NCBI GenBank assembly: GCA_964514045.1
Contig: CAZEPF010000002.1
Coordinates: forward strand, 1-49,486
Length of the DNA stretch: 49,486 nucleotides
Origin: an uncultured Rhizobiaceae bacterium
Lineage (GTDB): Bacteria > Pseudomonadota > Alphaproteobacteria > Rhizobiales > Rhizobiaceae
Direction of reading: 5' to 3'
The notes under the pieces were generated by a model that did not search any database, was not told where the DNA came from, and saw only the letters and a list, made by a program, of their open reading frames with translations. How positions within the stretch are numbered: position 1 is the first letter of the stretch; every line of letters begins with the position of its first letter. This document shows, piece by piece, positions 27,571-38,270 of the stretch. The translations under genes were made by a program, and so were the position numbers.

Positions 27571-28716
27571 ATGAGCGATAACACCCAAACTTCTGGCAAA
27601 CTCAAGCAAGCCTATCTTTCCCTTGTTTCATCAAACAAGATTGAATCCGATCACGCTCAATTGGAGTTGGTCGCGAAGCTTGACGCGTTGTTGGCACAGC
27701 TTTCCCAAGACCGTCTTTCCTCGAAATCCAGTGCTCTTGGCTGGTTGTTTGGGAAAAACAAACCGGCAAGCCAGCCTGTTAAGGGGCTGTATGTCTGGGG
27801 TGGTGTGGGTCGTGGAAAATCCATGATCATGGATATGTTCTTTTCACTGCTTCCCCATAAACGAAAGCGCCGTGCGCACTTTAACGATTTCATGCAGGAC
27901 GCGCAGGAGCGTATTCATGCACATCGCAAAGCTTTTGCTGCAGGTGAGGTAAAGCAGGAAGATCCGATCCCTGCGGTAGCAGAAGATTTGGTGCAGGATA
28001 GTAGCGTGCTGTGTTTTGATGAATTTACGGTAACGGATATTGCTGACGCTATGATCTTGGGCAGATTGTTCGAGCATTTGTTCGAAGCAGGCGTCGCAGT
28101 TGTTGCAACGTCTAATGTGGAACCTTCCAATCTGTATCGTGACGGGCTGAACCGTAAAATATTTCTCCCCTTTATTGATCTGCTTTTAGAGCATGTAGAC
28201 GTGCATGAACTTGCTGCGCGAACAGATTTTCGATTGGAGAAGCTTAATCGGGCGCCGGTTTATCTGTATCCACTCAATGTCGATAATCAACGCACGTTTG
28301 AAGATACATGGGTTGAGATTTCCGGTGTTGAAACGCCACGCCCCCTCACACTTGAATTAAAAGGGCGGAAGCTGGAAATTCCAATGTCTGGCAATGGCGC
28401 GGGGCGTGTGGATTTTGCTAGACTTTGTGAAGAACCCAGAAGTGCAGAAGACTTCCTTGCGCTCACACGTCAGTTTCACACAATCTTTTTGGAAAAAATT
28501 CCAGTTATGGGACGTGAGAACCATAATGCTGCAAAGCGCTTTATTTTGCTGATTGATACGCTCTATGACAATGGGGTGAGATTGGTAGCAACTGCTGAGG
28601 CGGCGCCTGATGCATTGTATACCGCTAAGTCAGGCACTGAAGCATTTGAGTTTGCCCGTACGATCTCGCGTCTGAATGAAATGCAGTCGGTAGAATACAT
28701 AGCAGGGGAAGTATAA
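27571..28716 (+). CDS. zapE: cell division protein ZapE (AFG1-family ATPase)
   Basis: 381 aa with Walker A WGGVGRGKSMIMD and Walker B VLCFDEFTVTD. It lies upstream of mdh, as in Rhizobiales. Confidence 0.85.
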   Translation: MSDNTQTSGKLKQAYLSLVSSNKIESDHAQLELVAKLDALLAQLSQDRLSSKSSALGWLFGKNKPASQPVKGLYVWGGVGRGKSMIMDMFFSLLPHKRKRRAHFNDFMQDAQERIHAHRKAFAAGEVKQEDPIPAVAEDLVQDSSVLCFDEFTVTDIADAMILGRLFEHLFEAGVAVVATSNVEPSNLYRDGLNRKIFLPFIDLLLEHVDVHELAARTDFRLEKLNRAPVYLYPLNVDNQRTFEDTWVEISGVETPRPLTLELKGRKLEIPMSGNGAGRVDFARLCEEPRSAEDFLALTRQFHTIFLEKIPVMGRENHNAAKRFILLIDTLYDNGVRLVATAEAAPDALYTAKSGTEAFEFARTISRLNEMQSVEYIAGEV

Positions 28717-28861
28717 TATTTACTCTTACGTAAGCGTAATATACTATTAACACATTGATAATAAACACTTTATTGAAATCGTTTGCATTTCTTTCCACAC
28801 TTGGTACTAGTCGAAGTAAGTCGCGCTGCGCAGAGAAGAAATTACATTAACGTAAAGGTAA

Positions 28862-29830
<969 letters not shown>

Positions 29831-29835
29831 TCAAT

Positions 29836-29863
29836 ATGGCGGCTTAGGCCGCCATTATTTTTT
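29836..29863 (+). terminator. Rho-independent terminator of mdh
   Basis: Stem ATGGCGGC/GCCGCCAT (29836-29843/29848-29855), loop TTAG, followed by TATTTTTT. Confidence 0.8.
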
Positions 29864-29916
29864 GCTCTTGGATTGAAGAGCGCGACATGACAGGGAGCCG
29901 GGCAGCCGGAATTCAG

Positions 29917-32892
29917 ATGGCAGACGAGAGCCAAAATGAAGAGTTTGCGGAAACATCATTCCTTTATGGAGGTAATGCCGGATACATCGAAGAGATGTAT
30001 GCGAGTTATCAATCGGACCCTGCTTCGGTAAGTGAAGACTGGCAGTCTTATTTTTCCAATCTACGCGATGATGCGGCTGACGTTGCCAAGAATGCCGAAG
30101 GTGCATCCTGGAAGAAGGGCCATTGGCCGATTCATGCAAATGGCGAATTGGTCTCTGCTCTGGATGGAAACTGGAATGAGGTAGAATCCAAAGTTCAGGA
30201 GAAAATTCAGGCAAAAGCCCAAAGTGAAGGTGCTGATCTGACGGGTGATCAGGTCCAACGGGCAACGCGGGATTCTGTTTCAGCAATTATGATGATCCGT
30301 GCGTACCGTATGCGCGGACATTTACATGCCAATCTTGACCCATTGGGGATTGCGTCCAAGCGTGAAGCTTACAATGAAATGCACCCGTCTAATTACGGGT
30401 TCACCGAAGCTGACTACGATCGTAGGATTTTCATCGATAATATGCTGGGTCTTGAGTTTGCGACCATTCGCGAAATGCTTGAGATTTTACAGCGAACTTA
30501 TTGTTCTACCATCGGCATAGAGTTCATGCATATTTCCAATCCGCAGGAAAAAAGTTGGTTGCAGGAGCGTATCGAAGGACCGGATAAAGGTGTCGCATTT
30601 ACCCTTGAAGGTAAGAAAGCAATTCTGCGTAAGCTAGTTGAAGCGGAAGGTTTCGAGCAGTTTATCGATATTAAATATAAAGGCACAAAGCGTTTTGGTC
30701 TCGATGGGGGCGAGTCGCTTGTGCCGGCCCTTGAGCAGATCATCAAACGTGGCGGGCAAATGGGTCTTAAGGAAGTTATCTTTGGGATGGCTCACCGGGG
30801 TCGCCTGAACGTACTTGCCAATGTGATGGCCAAGCCTCACCGTGCGATTTTCCACGAATTCAAAGGCGGATCGTTCAAGCCGGAAGATGTGGAAGGTTCA
30901 GGTGATGTGAAATACCATTTAGGTGCTTCGTCAGACCGTGAATTTGACGGCAATGAAGTTCATTTGTCTTTGACCGCTAACCCGTCTCACCTTGAGATTG
31001 TTAATCCGGTTGTGCTGGGTAAGGCACGTGCGAAGCAAGACAAATTTGAACCAAAGAACGATCGTGGGTCACGTCCGCGCGACACGGTAATGCCGTTATT
31101 GTTGCACGGCGATGCAGCCTTTGCTGGCCAGGGTGTTGTTGCGGAATGTTTTGGTCTTTCCGGATTGAAGGGACACCGCACAGGCGGCTCCATTCATTTT
31201 ATCATCAATAATCAGATCGGTTTTACGACAAACCCGCGCTTCTCGCGTTCGTCGCCATATCCGTCAGATGTGGCGAAAATGATCGAGGCTCCGATTTTCC
31301 ACGTGAATGGCGATGATCCGGAAGCGGTAGTGTTTGCAGCTAAGGTTGCGACTGAGTTCCGTCAATTGTTCCATAAGCCTGTCATTATTGATATGTTCTG
31401 CTATCGAAGGTTTGGCCATAATGAAGGCGATGAGCCTGCGTTTACGCAGCCGCTTATGTATAAGAAAATCCGTTCGCATCCGACTACGGCAAAAATCTAC
31501 AGCGATAAGTTGATCGCTGATGGTGTGATGTCGGAAGACGAATACAAGACAATGCGTGACGAGTGGCGCGCTTATCTCGAAGATGAGTTTGAATCAGGGC
31601 AAGCTTATAAGCCAAACAAAGCCGACTGGCTGGATGGCGCTTGGTCAGGTCTGCGGGTTGCAGACAACAAAGACGAAACCCGACGTGGCCAAACGGGCGT
31701 TGATAAAAAGAAGCTTACCGAAATTGGTAAGAAAATCACGCATGTCCCCGATGATTTCAACGCGCATAAAACCATTAAACGCCTGATGGCCAACCGTTTG
31801 AAAATGGTTGAGTCCGGTGAAGGTATTGACTGGGGCATGGGTGAGGCGCTTGCGTTTGGTTCTCTGGTTAGTGAAGGCCATTGTGTGCGCCTGTCTGGTC
31901 AGGATTGTGAGCGTGGTACGTTTTCGCAACGTCATTCGGTTCTTTATGATCAAGACACGGAAGCGCGTTACACTCCGCTCAACAACATTGCCGAAGGCCA
32001 AGAGGAGTATGATGTCATCAACTCCATGCTATCAGAAGAAGCAGTGCTTGGTTATGAATACGGGTACTCCCTAACGCGCCCCAATGCGGTGACGATCTGG
32101 GAAGGTCAGTTTGGTGACTTCGTCAACGGTGCACAGGTTGTCATTGACCAGTTTATTTCTTCCGGTGAGCGTAAATGGCTTCGCATGAGTGGTCTAGTAA
32201 TGCTTCTGCCGCATGGATATGAGGGGCAAGGACCGGAGCATTCATCCGCCCGCCTTGAGCGCTTCCTGCAATTGTGCGCGGAAGATAATATGCAGGTAGC
32301 AAATTGCACCACGCCTTCCAACTACTTCCATATTTTGCGGCGCCAGATCATGCGCGATTTCAGAAAGCCGCTCATTCTGATGACGCCGAAATCGCTTCTG
32401 CGCCATAAGCGTGCCGTATCTCGGTTTGACGAGTTCACCAATGGCACGTCTTTCCATCGTCTCTTATGGGATGATGCGCAAGCCAAACAATGGGATGGTG
32501 TTCAGCTTGTAAAAGATAACAAAATCCGCCGTGTGGTAATGTGTTCGGGCAAGGTTTATTACGATCTGCTTGAGGAACGCGAACAGCGCGGCATTGATGA
32601 TGTTTATCTCTTGCGTCTCGAACAGCTTTATCCGTTCCCTGCTAAGGCTCTGATTACCGAACTGTCCCGCTTCAAGGATGCGGAATGGGTCTGGTGTCAG
32701 GAAGAGCCAAAGAACATGGGTTCCTGGAGTTTCATTGAGCCGTATCTCGAATGGGTCTTCAATCACATCAAAGCAAAGAACCGCCGTGCGCGTTATGCGG
32801 GCAGACCGGGTGCTGCATCGCCAGCAACAGGTTTGATGTCGAAGCATTTGGCGGAACTTGCAGCATTTCTAGAAGATGCTTTGGGCAATTAG
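29917..32892 (+). CDS. sucA: 2-oxoglutarate dehydrogenase E1 component
   Basis: ~991 aa from ATG 29917 (MADESQNEEFAETSFLYGGNAGYIEEMY). The E1o blocks GMAHRGRLNVL and HGDAAFAGQGVV are present. Confidence 0.95.
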   Translation: MADESQNEEFAETSFLYGGNAGYIEEMYASYQSDPASVSEDWQSYFSNLRDDAADVAKNAEGASWKKGHWPIHANGELVSALDGNWNEVESKVQEKIQAKAQSEGADLTGDQVQRATRDSVSAIMMIRAYRMRGHLHANLDPLGIASKREAYNEMHPSNYGFTEADYDRRIFIDNMLGLEFATIREMLEILQRTYCSTIGIEFMHISNPQEKSWLQERIEGPDKGVAFTLEGKKAILRKLVEAEGFEQFIDIKYKGTKRFGLDGGESLVPALEQIIKRGGQMGLKEVIFGMAHRGRLNVLANVMAKPHRAIFHEFKGGSFKPEDVEGSGDVKYHLGASSDREFDGNEVHLSLTANPSHLEIVNPVVLGKARAKQDKFEPKNDRGSRPRDTVMPLLLHGDAAFAGQGVVAECFGLSGLKGHRTGGSIHFIINNQIGFTTNPRFSRSSPYPSDVAKMIEAPIFHVNGDDPEAVVFAAKVATEFRQLFHKPVIIDMFCYRRFGHNEGDEPAFTQPLMYKKIRSHPTTAKIYSDKLIADGVMSEDEYKTMRDEWRAYLEDEFESGQAYKPNKADWLDGAWSGLRVADNKDETRRGQTGVDKKKLTEIGKKITHVPDDFNAHKTIKRLMANRLKMVESGEGIDWGMGEALAFGSLVSEGHCVRLSGQDCERGTFSQRHSVLYDQDTEARYTPLNNIAEGQEEYDVINSMLSEEAVLGYEYGYSLTRPNAVTIWEGQFGDFVNGAQVVIDQFISSGERKWLRMSGLVMLLPHGYEGQGPEHSSARLERFLQLCAEDNMQVANCTTPSNYFHILRRQIMRDFRKPLILMTPKSLLRHKRAVSRFDEFTNGTSFHRLLWDDAQAKQWDGVQLVKDNKIRRVVMCSGKVYYDLLEEREQRGIDDVYLLRLEQLYPFPAKALITELSRFKDAEWVWCQEEPKNMGSWSFIEPYLEWVFNHIKAKNRRARYAGRPGAASPATGLMSKHLAELAAFLEDALGN

Positions 32893-32943
32893 CAGCAAAG
32901 CAGAGTATTTTGAACAGTATATTGGACAAGGAAAGAACTGAAC

Positions 32944-34437
32944 ATGGCTAGTGAAATCCGGGTGCCTACCCTTGGAGAATCGGTCAGTGAAGCAACTGTT
33001 GGTCAGTGGCTTAAAAAACCTGGTGAGGCCGTTGCCGCAGACGAACCCGTTGTTGAGTTGGAGACGGATAAAGTATCCGTTGAAGTTCCTGCACCTGCAG
33101 CCGGAATATTGGCGGATGTCTCTGTTCAGGAAGGCGAGAGTGTAGAAGTCGGTGCGCTGCTTGCGATGATTGATGCTAATGGCGAAGCCACTTCAAAACC
33201 TGCTGCAAAGTCAGAACCTAGTGCATCCGGGGCTCCGGCAAAACCCTCTGGTGGTGCTGGTAAAATCGTTGAAGTACCTGTGCCAAGTGCGGGTGAATCC
33301 GTTACTGAAGCGGGTGTCGGTGAGTGGCTGAAAAAGGTTGGTGATTCTGTCTCTGTTGATGAAGCATTGGTGGAATTGGAAACCGACAAAGCTGCACAAG
33401 AAGTGATGTCACCTGTTTCTGGAAAGATTGTCGAGATTGTCGCGCAAACCGGAGATACGGTTGAGGTTGGTGCTTTGCTTGCAAAAATCGAAGAGGGTGC
33501 CACTGGAAGTTCATCTGCTTCGGCAAGTGCGCCTGCGTCTTCAACTTCTGCGCTAGTAACACAAGCAAGTTCAAGCGGTATGCCGCCAGCGCCTTCTGCT
33601 CAAAAAATGATGGCTGAAAAAGGCATGGATGCGTCTCAAGTGTCGGGCAGTGGTAAGCGCGGACAAATCTTGAAGGAAGATGTCTTGAAGGCAGGTAATG
33701 CGCCAGCAAAAGCAAGTGCTGTATCTGTGCCTGAAGGCGAGCGTGAAGAGCGTGTTCGGATGACGCGTTTACGCCAAACCATTGCGCGGCGTTTGAAAGA
33801 CGCACAAAACACGGCTGCCATGCTGACTACTTTCAACGAGGTAGACATGACAGCAGTGATGGAGATGCGCAAGAAATATAAAGACCTGTTTGAAAAGAAA
33901 CATGGCGTAAAGCTTGGGTTTATGGGTTTCTTCACAAAAGCGGTTTGTCACGCACTTGAAGAAATTCCTGCGGTGAATGCCGAGATTGATGGCACGGATA
34001 TTATTTACAAACATTTCTGTCACATCGGCGTGGCGGTGGGTACCGAAAAGGGGCTGGTTGTTCCGGTTGTTCGTGATGCCGATCAAATGTCGATTGCCGA
34101 AGTGGAAAAAGATATTGGCCGTCTAGGCATGAAGGCGCGCGATGGTGATCTCTCCATGGCTGATATGCAGGGTGGAACATTCACGATTTCCAATGGCGGT
34201 GTGTATGGCTCGCTTATGTCGACGCCAATCCTGAACGCTCCTCAATCTGGCATTCTTGGGATGCACAAGATTGATCAACGTCCGGTCGTTGTTGATGGTG
34301 AGATCGTAATCCGGCCAATGATGTATCTTGCACTTTCTTATGATCACCGGATTGTGGATGGCAAAGAAGCTGTGACATTCCTGGTGCGGGTAAAAGAGAG
34401 CCTTGAAGATCCGGAACGCCTTGTACTTGATTTGTAA
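32944..34437 (+). CDS. sucB: dihydrolipoyllysine-residue succinyltransferase (E2o) with two lipoyl domains
   Basis: 497 aa. There are two lipoyl domains, each with ELETDK (K43 and K149), then a peripheral subunit-binding domain and a catalytic domain ending [14 protein letters not shown]. Confidence 0.9.
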   Translation: MASEIRVPTLGESVSEATVGQWLKKPGEAVAADEPVVELETDKVSVEVPAPAAGILADVSVQEGESVEVGALLAMIDANGEATSKPAAKSEPSASGAPAKPSGGAGKIVEVPVPSAGESVTEAGVGEWLKKVGDSVSVDEALVELETDKAAQEVMSPVSGKIVEIVAQTGDTVEVGALLAKIEEGATGSSSASASAPASSTSALVTQASSSGMPPAPSAQKMMAEKGMDASQVSGSGKRGQILKEDVLKAGNAPAKASAVSVPEGEREERVRMTRLRQTIARRLKDAQNTAAMLTTFNEVDMTAVMEMRKKYKDLFEKKHGVKLGFMGFFTKAVCHALEEIPAVNAEIDGTDIIYKHFCHIGVAVGTEKGLVVPVVRDADQMSIAEVEKDIGRLGMKARDGDLSMADMQGGTFTISNGGVYGSLMSTPILNAPQSGILGMHKIDQRPVVVDGEIVIRPMMYLALSYDHRIVDGKEAVTFLVRVKESLEDPERLVLDL

Positions 34438-34494
34438 TTTGAATGCGCCATTGTGATTATATGGCCAGCGTAACTGATATAATGGAGACACCCG

Positions 34495-34893
34495 ATGTCG
34501 ATTGAACTCCAGTTTTTGATTTTTACAGTATTCCTTCTCATCGTGCAGATGTTGATGCAAGTGGGTGCAGGTTTTCTTGCAAACGGTTTATTGGGTCTTG
34601 CAGGCTCGCGTGATGATGAAGTGCTAACCGAAGGCATTGGCGGGCGGTTTGAACGGGCTTATTACAACATGCTGGAAACTTTTCCAGTGTTTGCTGCGCT
34701 GGTCTTGATCATTCAGGTCACTGAGAGTTGGACCCCTACAAGCGCTCTTGCTGTTCAGGTTTATTTCTGGGCGCGTGTTGCCTATCTGCCTGCCTATGTG
34801 TTTGGCATTCCTTTCTTGCGTACGGCGATCTGGCTTGCTTCCATGGTTGGTATTTTGATGCTTGCGTGGCCACTCCTGCAACAGGTGACATAA
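34495..34893 (+). CDS. MAPEG-family membrane protein
   Basis: 132 aa with 4 TM segments and blocks typical of bacterial MAPEG (RAYYNMLETFPVF, VYFWARVAY). Confidence 0.7.
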   Translation: MSIELQFLIFTVFLLIVQMLMQVGAGFLANGLLGLAGSRDDEVLTEGIGGRFERAYYNMLETFPVFAALVLIIQVTESWTPTSALAVQVYFWARVAYLPAYVFGIPFLRTAIWLASMVGILMLAWPLLQQVT

Positions 34894-34899
34894 CCCTAG

Positions 34900-35643
34900 A
34901 TGGCTGACGTTTGCGTCATAACAGGGGGGAGCCGCGGAATAGGGGCTGCCTGTGTTCGCCGTGCTACTGAGGCCGGATATCAGGTCTGTTTTTCCTATGC
35001 GTCCAACAAGCAAGCTGCGGATGATTTGATCGCGGAGATCAAACCTGCTGGTGGTATTGCAGAAGCAGTTCAGGCCGATGTTGGGCAGGAAGCAGACATT
35101 TTGAAATTGTTTGAAGCAGCAGACAAGATGGGAACTGTCAGTGCGTTGGTGAACAATGCGGGCATTGTTGATCAGTCTGCACGTGTGGATAAATACACAG
35201 TGGAACGCCTTCAAGGCATGTTTACAGTCAATGTGATTGGCAGCTTCTTGTGCGCGCGCGAAGCTATAAAACGTATGTCCACCAAATATGATGGTAATGG
35301 TGGTGTTATCGTCAATATTGGTTCTGCTGCTGCTTACATTGGCTCGCCCAATCAGTATGTGGATTATGCGGCGTCTAAAGCTGCAATCGATACGTTTACA
35401 AAAGGGCTGGCGTTAGAAGTTGCGGATGAAGGCATTCGCGTAAATGCGGTCAGGCCCGGCCTGATCTATACGGATATTCACGCGTCTGGCGGGCAGCCGG
35501 GTCGTGTTGAAAAACTCGAACACATGGTGCCAATGAAGCGTGGTGGTTCGGCGGACGAAGTGGCAAAAGCAGTGTTGTGGCTAATGAGCGATGACGCATC
35601 ATACGTTACAGGTGACAGTTTAAACGTCACGGGTGGCCGATGA
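34900..35643 (+). CDS. SDR-family oxidoreductase
   Basis: 247 aa with TGGSRGIGAA (cofactor binding), NNAG and the catalytic YAASKAA. Confidence 0.85.
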   Translation: MADVCVITGGSRGIGAACVRRATEAGYQVCFSYASNKQAADDLIAEIKPAGGIAEAVQADVGQEADILKLFEAADKMGTVSALVNNAGIVDQSARVDKYTVERLQGMFTVNVIGSFLCAREAIKRMSTKYDGNGGVIVNIGSAAAYIGSPNQYVDYAASKAAIDTFTKGLALEVADEGIRVNAVRPGLIYTDIHASGGQPGRVEKLEHMVPMKRGGSADEVAKAVLWLMSDDASYVTGDSLNVTGGR

Positions 35644-35694
35644 TGTGGCACGCGAGTATGCACGCAAAACAAAACATAGAACGGGACTTGGATA

Positions 35695-37104
35695 ATGTCT
35701 GATCAATATGATGTGGTGGTAATCGGCTCTGGCCCGGGTGGATATGTCTGTGCGATCAAGGCATCACAACTTGGGCTTAAAACTGCGATTGTAGAAAAAA
35801 GCGAAACGCTGGGTGGTACATGCCTGAATGTCGGGTGCATTCCTTCCAAGGCTTTGCTTCATGCCTCTGAGATGTTTTCAGAAGCTGGCCATGGATTTGA
35901 GCAGCTTGGCATCAAAGTAGGAAAGCCGGAACTCGATCTAAAAGCGATGATGGGTCACAAGGATAAAACGGTGAAGGCCAATGTGGATGGCGTCGCGTTT
36001 TTGATGAAGAAAAACAAGATTGATGTTCATCACGGCACAGGCTCGATTGCGGGTAAGGGTAAGGTTAGCGTTACGGACTCAGATGGAAAATCAGCCGAGC
36101 TTGCAGCGAAAAATATTGTCATTGCCACAGGGTCCGATGTGGCAGGCATTCCTGGTCTTGATGTTGAGATTGATGAGAAAGTCATTGTTTCATCGACGGG
36201 CGCGTTGGAACTATCAAAAGTACCAAAAAATATCATCATTGTTGGCGGTGGTGTGATCGGCCTTGAATTGGGTTCAGTATGGAATCGTCTCGGTTCTGAA
36301 GTCACAGTGGTTGAGTATCTTGATACCATTCTGGGTGGTATGGATAATGATGTGTCCAAACAGTTTAAGAAAATTCTCGAAAAGCAAGGCATTGCGTTTA
36401 ACCTGAACTCAAAAGTGACAGGCGTTGAGAAAAAGGGCAAAGGTGGTGCTGTCACGTTTGAACCGGTTGATGGGGGCGAAGCACAAACGCTGGAAGCAGA
36501 TATTGTATTGGTTGCTACGGGTCGTCGTCCCTACACCGATAGTCTTGGTCTTGAGGCTGCGGGTATTGAGATGGAACGCGGTAAGGTAAAAACTAATTCG
36601 AAATGGCAAACCAGCATGGAAGGCGTCTGGGCAATTGGCGATGTGATTGATGGTCCGATGCTTGCCCATAAGGCGGAAGACGAGGGCGTTGCCGTAGCCG
36701 AAGTCATTGCGGGTCAAGCCGGCCACGTGAATTACGATGTTATTCCTGGTGTAGTCTACACCATGCCGGAAGTTGCCAGTGTCGGAAAAACTGAAGAAGA
36801 GTTGAAAGCCGCCAATATTGAATATGCTGTTGGTAAATTTCCTTACATGGCCAATGGACGTGCGCGCGCCATGAACCAAACGGAAGGCTTTGTAAAATTC
36901 CTTGCAGATAAAAAAACCGACCGTGTTCTAGGAGCGCATATTATTGGATTTGGTGCAGGCGATATGATCCACGAATGTGCGGTGTTGATGGAGTTTGGCG
37001 GGTCATCAGAAGACCTTGCACGCACATGTCATGCGCATCCAACCTTGTCTGAGGTTGTGCGTGAAGCAGCCCATGCCACGCATGGTAAACCGCTTCATAC
37101 TTAA
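35695..37104 (+). CDS. lpdA: dihydrolipoyl dehydrogenase (E3)
   Basis: 469 aa with GSGPGGY, the redox-active disulfide [13 protein letters not shown], and C-terminal HAHPTLSE. Confidence 0.95.
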   Translation: MSDQYDVVVIGSGPGGYVCAIKASQLGLKTAIVEKSETLGGTCLNVGCIPSKALLHASEMFSEAGHGFEQLGIKVGKPELDLKAMMGHKDKTVKANVDGVAFLMKKNKIDVHHGTGSIAGKGKVSVTDSDGKSAELAAKNIVIATGSDVAGIPGLDVEIDEKVIVSSTGALELSKVPKNIIIVGGGVIGLELGSVWNRLGSEVTVVEYLDTILGGMDNDVSKQFKKILEKQGIAFNLNSKVTGVEKKGKGGAVTFEPVDGGEAQTLEADIVLVATGRRPYTDSLGLEAAGIEMERGKVKTNSKWQTSMEGVWAIGDVIDGPMLAHKAEDEGVAVAEVIAGQAGHVNYDVIPGVVYTMPEVASVGKTEEELKAANIEYAVGKFPYMANGRARAMNQTEGFVKFLADKKTDRVLGAHIIGFGAGDMIHECAVLMEFGGSSEDLARTCHAHPTLSEVVREAAHATHGKPLHT

Positions 37105-37117
37105 AGTGGATTTCTGA

Positions 37118-38089
37118 TTAAGCCGTCAGGATTATTTTACCAACGTGGCTTGCATCTTCCATCATTTGGTGCGCTTTTGCGACGTCTTCAAACGGGAAGG
37201 TTGCGTGAGTGAGTGGTTTGATTTTCCCGCTTGCAAACATCGGCCAAACTTTATCATGTAAGTCGCTTGCGATGGCAGCCTTAAATTCATCAGGGCGGGC
37301 CCGCAGGGTAGAGCCATGAAACGTCAAACGCTTTAGCATGACAGGCATGAGATCAATTTCGACCTTTGATCCTGCCCTATAAGCAAGCTGCACAATTCGT
37401 CCGTCCATGGCGCATGCTTTGATGTTGCGGGCGATGTAATCGCCGCCCATAATGTCGAGAATTAAATCGGCACCGCCGACTTCTCCCATGACTTCCACAA
37501 AGTCTTCTTCGCGATAGTTGATACCTTGCTTGGCGCCCAACTCTTCGCAGAACTTACATTTCTCGCTGTTAGAAGAAGTGGCGTAGACTTCCATTCCCAG
37601 GGCGGCACCCAGTTGAATTGCGGTGGCGCCTATGCCGCCGGAGCCGCCATGCACTAGTAGTTTGCTACCCTCTGCTATGTAGCGATTGTAAAACAGATTG
37701 CTCCACACGGTGAAAAATGTTTCTGGAATGCCTGCTGCATCAATCTGTGAAACAGGTTCTGGAATCGGCAAGCAATGATCGGCATTGATCGCTACATAGC
37801 CTGCATACGCGCCGCCATGTGTTAGGGCACATAGTGTGTCGCCGATTTTCCATTGAGAAACCTGACTGCCCACTTTTTCGACTACGCCAGAAACTTCCAA
37901 TCCCATGAGATCAGATGCTCCTTTTGGCGGCGGATACAGACCCTTGCGTTGCATCATGTCAGGCCCATTAACGCCAGATGCGATGGTTTTTACTAACACT
38001 TGATAATCTGCAATTTCAGGAATAGCGCGTTCTCCCAGTTCCAAAACTTCTGGTCCGCCAGTGCCATTAAGTTCGATTGTACGCATCAT
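37118..38089 (-). CDS. qor: NAD(P)H:quinone oxidoreductase (zeta-crystallin/MDR family)
   Basis: The protein starts MMRTIELNGTGGPEVLELGE at ATG 38089. The MDR fold has the cofactor motif VHGGSGGIGATAIQL and no structural-zinc cysteines. Confidence 0.8.
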   Translation of the reverse strand: MMRTIELNGTGGPEVLELGERAIPEIADYQVLVKTIASGVNGPDMMQRKGLYPPPKGASDLMGLEVSGVVEKVGSQVSQWKIGDTLCALTHGGAYAGYVAINADHCLPIPEPVSQIDAAGIPETFFTVWSNLFYNRYIAEGSKLLVHGGSGGIGATAIQLGAALGMEVYATSSNSEKCKFCEELGAKQGINYREEDFVEVMGEVGGADLILDIMGGDYIARNIKACAMDGRIVQLAYRAGSKVEIDLMPVMLKRLTFHGSTLRARPDEFKAAIASDLHDKVWPMFASGKIKPLTHATFPFEDVAKAHQMMEDASHVGKIILTA

Positions 38090-38194
38090 GGTAGTGTTCC
38101 GTAATATGGTGTGATCGTTGATCAATTCCATACGAGAACTCTGAGCTGATGGCTAGGGCAACTAGTCGAACCAGTTACAATTATAGCCCTTCAA

Positions 38195-38227
38195 TATAGA
38201 AAAGCCGATCCTTGAAGGATCGGCTTT
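38195..38227 (-). terminator. hairpin terminator downstream of the cupin gene
   Basis: 11-bp stem AAAGCCGATCC/GGATCGGCTTT (38201-38211/38217-38227) with a 5-nt loop. The minus-strand trailer TTCTATATT is only moderately U-rich. Confidence 0.55.
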
Positions 38228-38252
38228 CTTATTGGTATTTGTTTCGATCTGA

Positions 38253-38270
38253 CTAGGATCCCGACCCTAG
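38253..38270. repeat. copy of the TAGGGTC...GATCCTAG palindromic unit at the 3' end of the cupin gene
   Basis: The minus strand reads ATC TAG GGTCGGGATCCTAG. The TAG at 38269-38267 is the stop codon. Confidence 0.6.

Noticed and set aside
28747-28761. CtrA-box-like TTAA-N7-ATAA upstream of mdh.
   Set aside because: The second half-site is mismatched (ATAA, not TTAA). The region is generally AT-rich, so a chance match is likely.
29831-29916. Possible sucA leader RNA motif or remnant of sucCD in the mdh-sucA spacer.
   Set aside because: The 86 bp hold only the mdh terminator hairpin and a short GC-rich stretch before the ATG. Nothing resembles a structured riboswitch-size element, and no in-frame fragments of sucC or sucD are visible.
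34891-34899. TAACCCTAG between the MAPEG stop and the SDR start as another copy of the repeat unit.
   Set aside because: Only 6-7 nt match (ACCCTAG), which is too short to distinguish from chance.
33126-35214. Antisense ORFs opposite sucB, MAPEG and the SDR gene (33126..33503, 33302..33805, 34123..34560, 34624..35214).
   Set aside because: They overlap well-supported genes on the other strand, have no start context and no family resemblance. The compositional bias of the sense genes explains the open frames.
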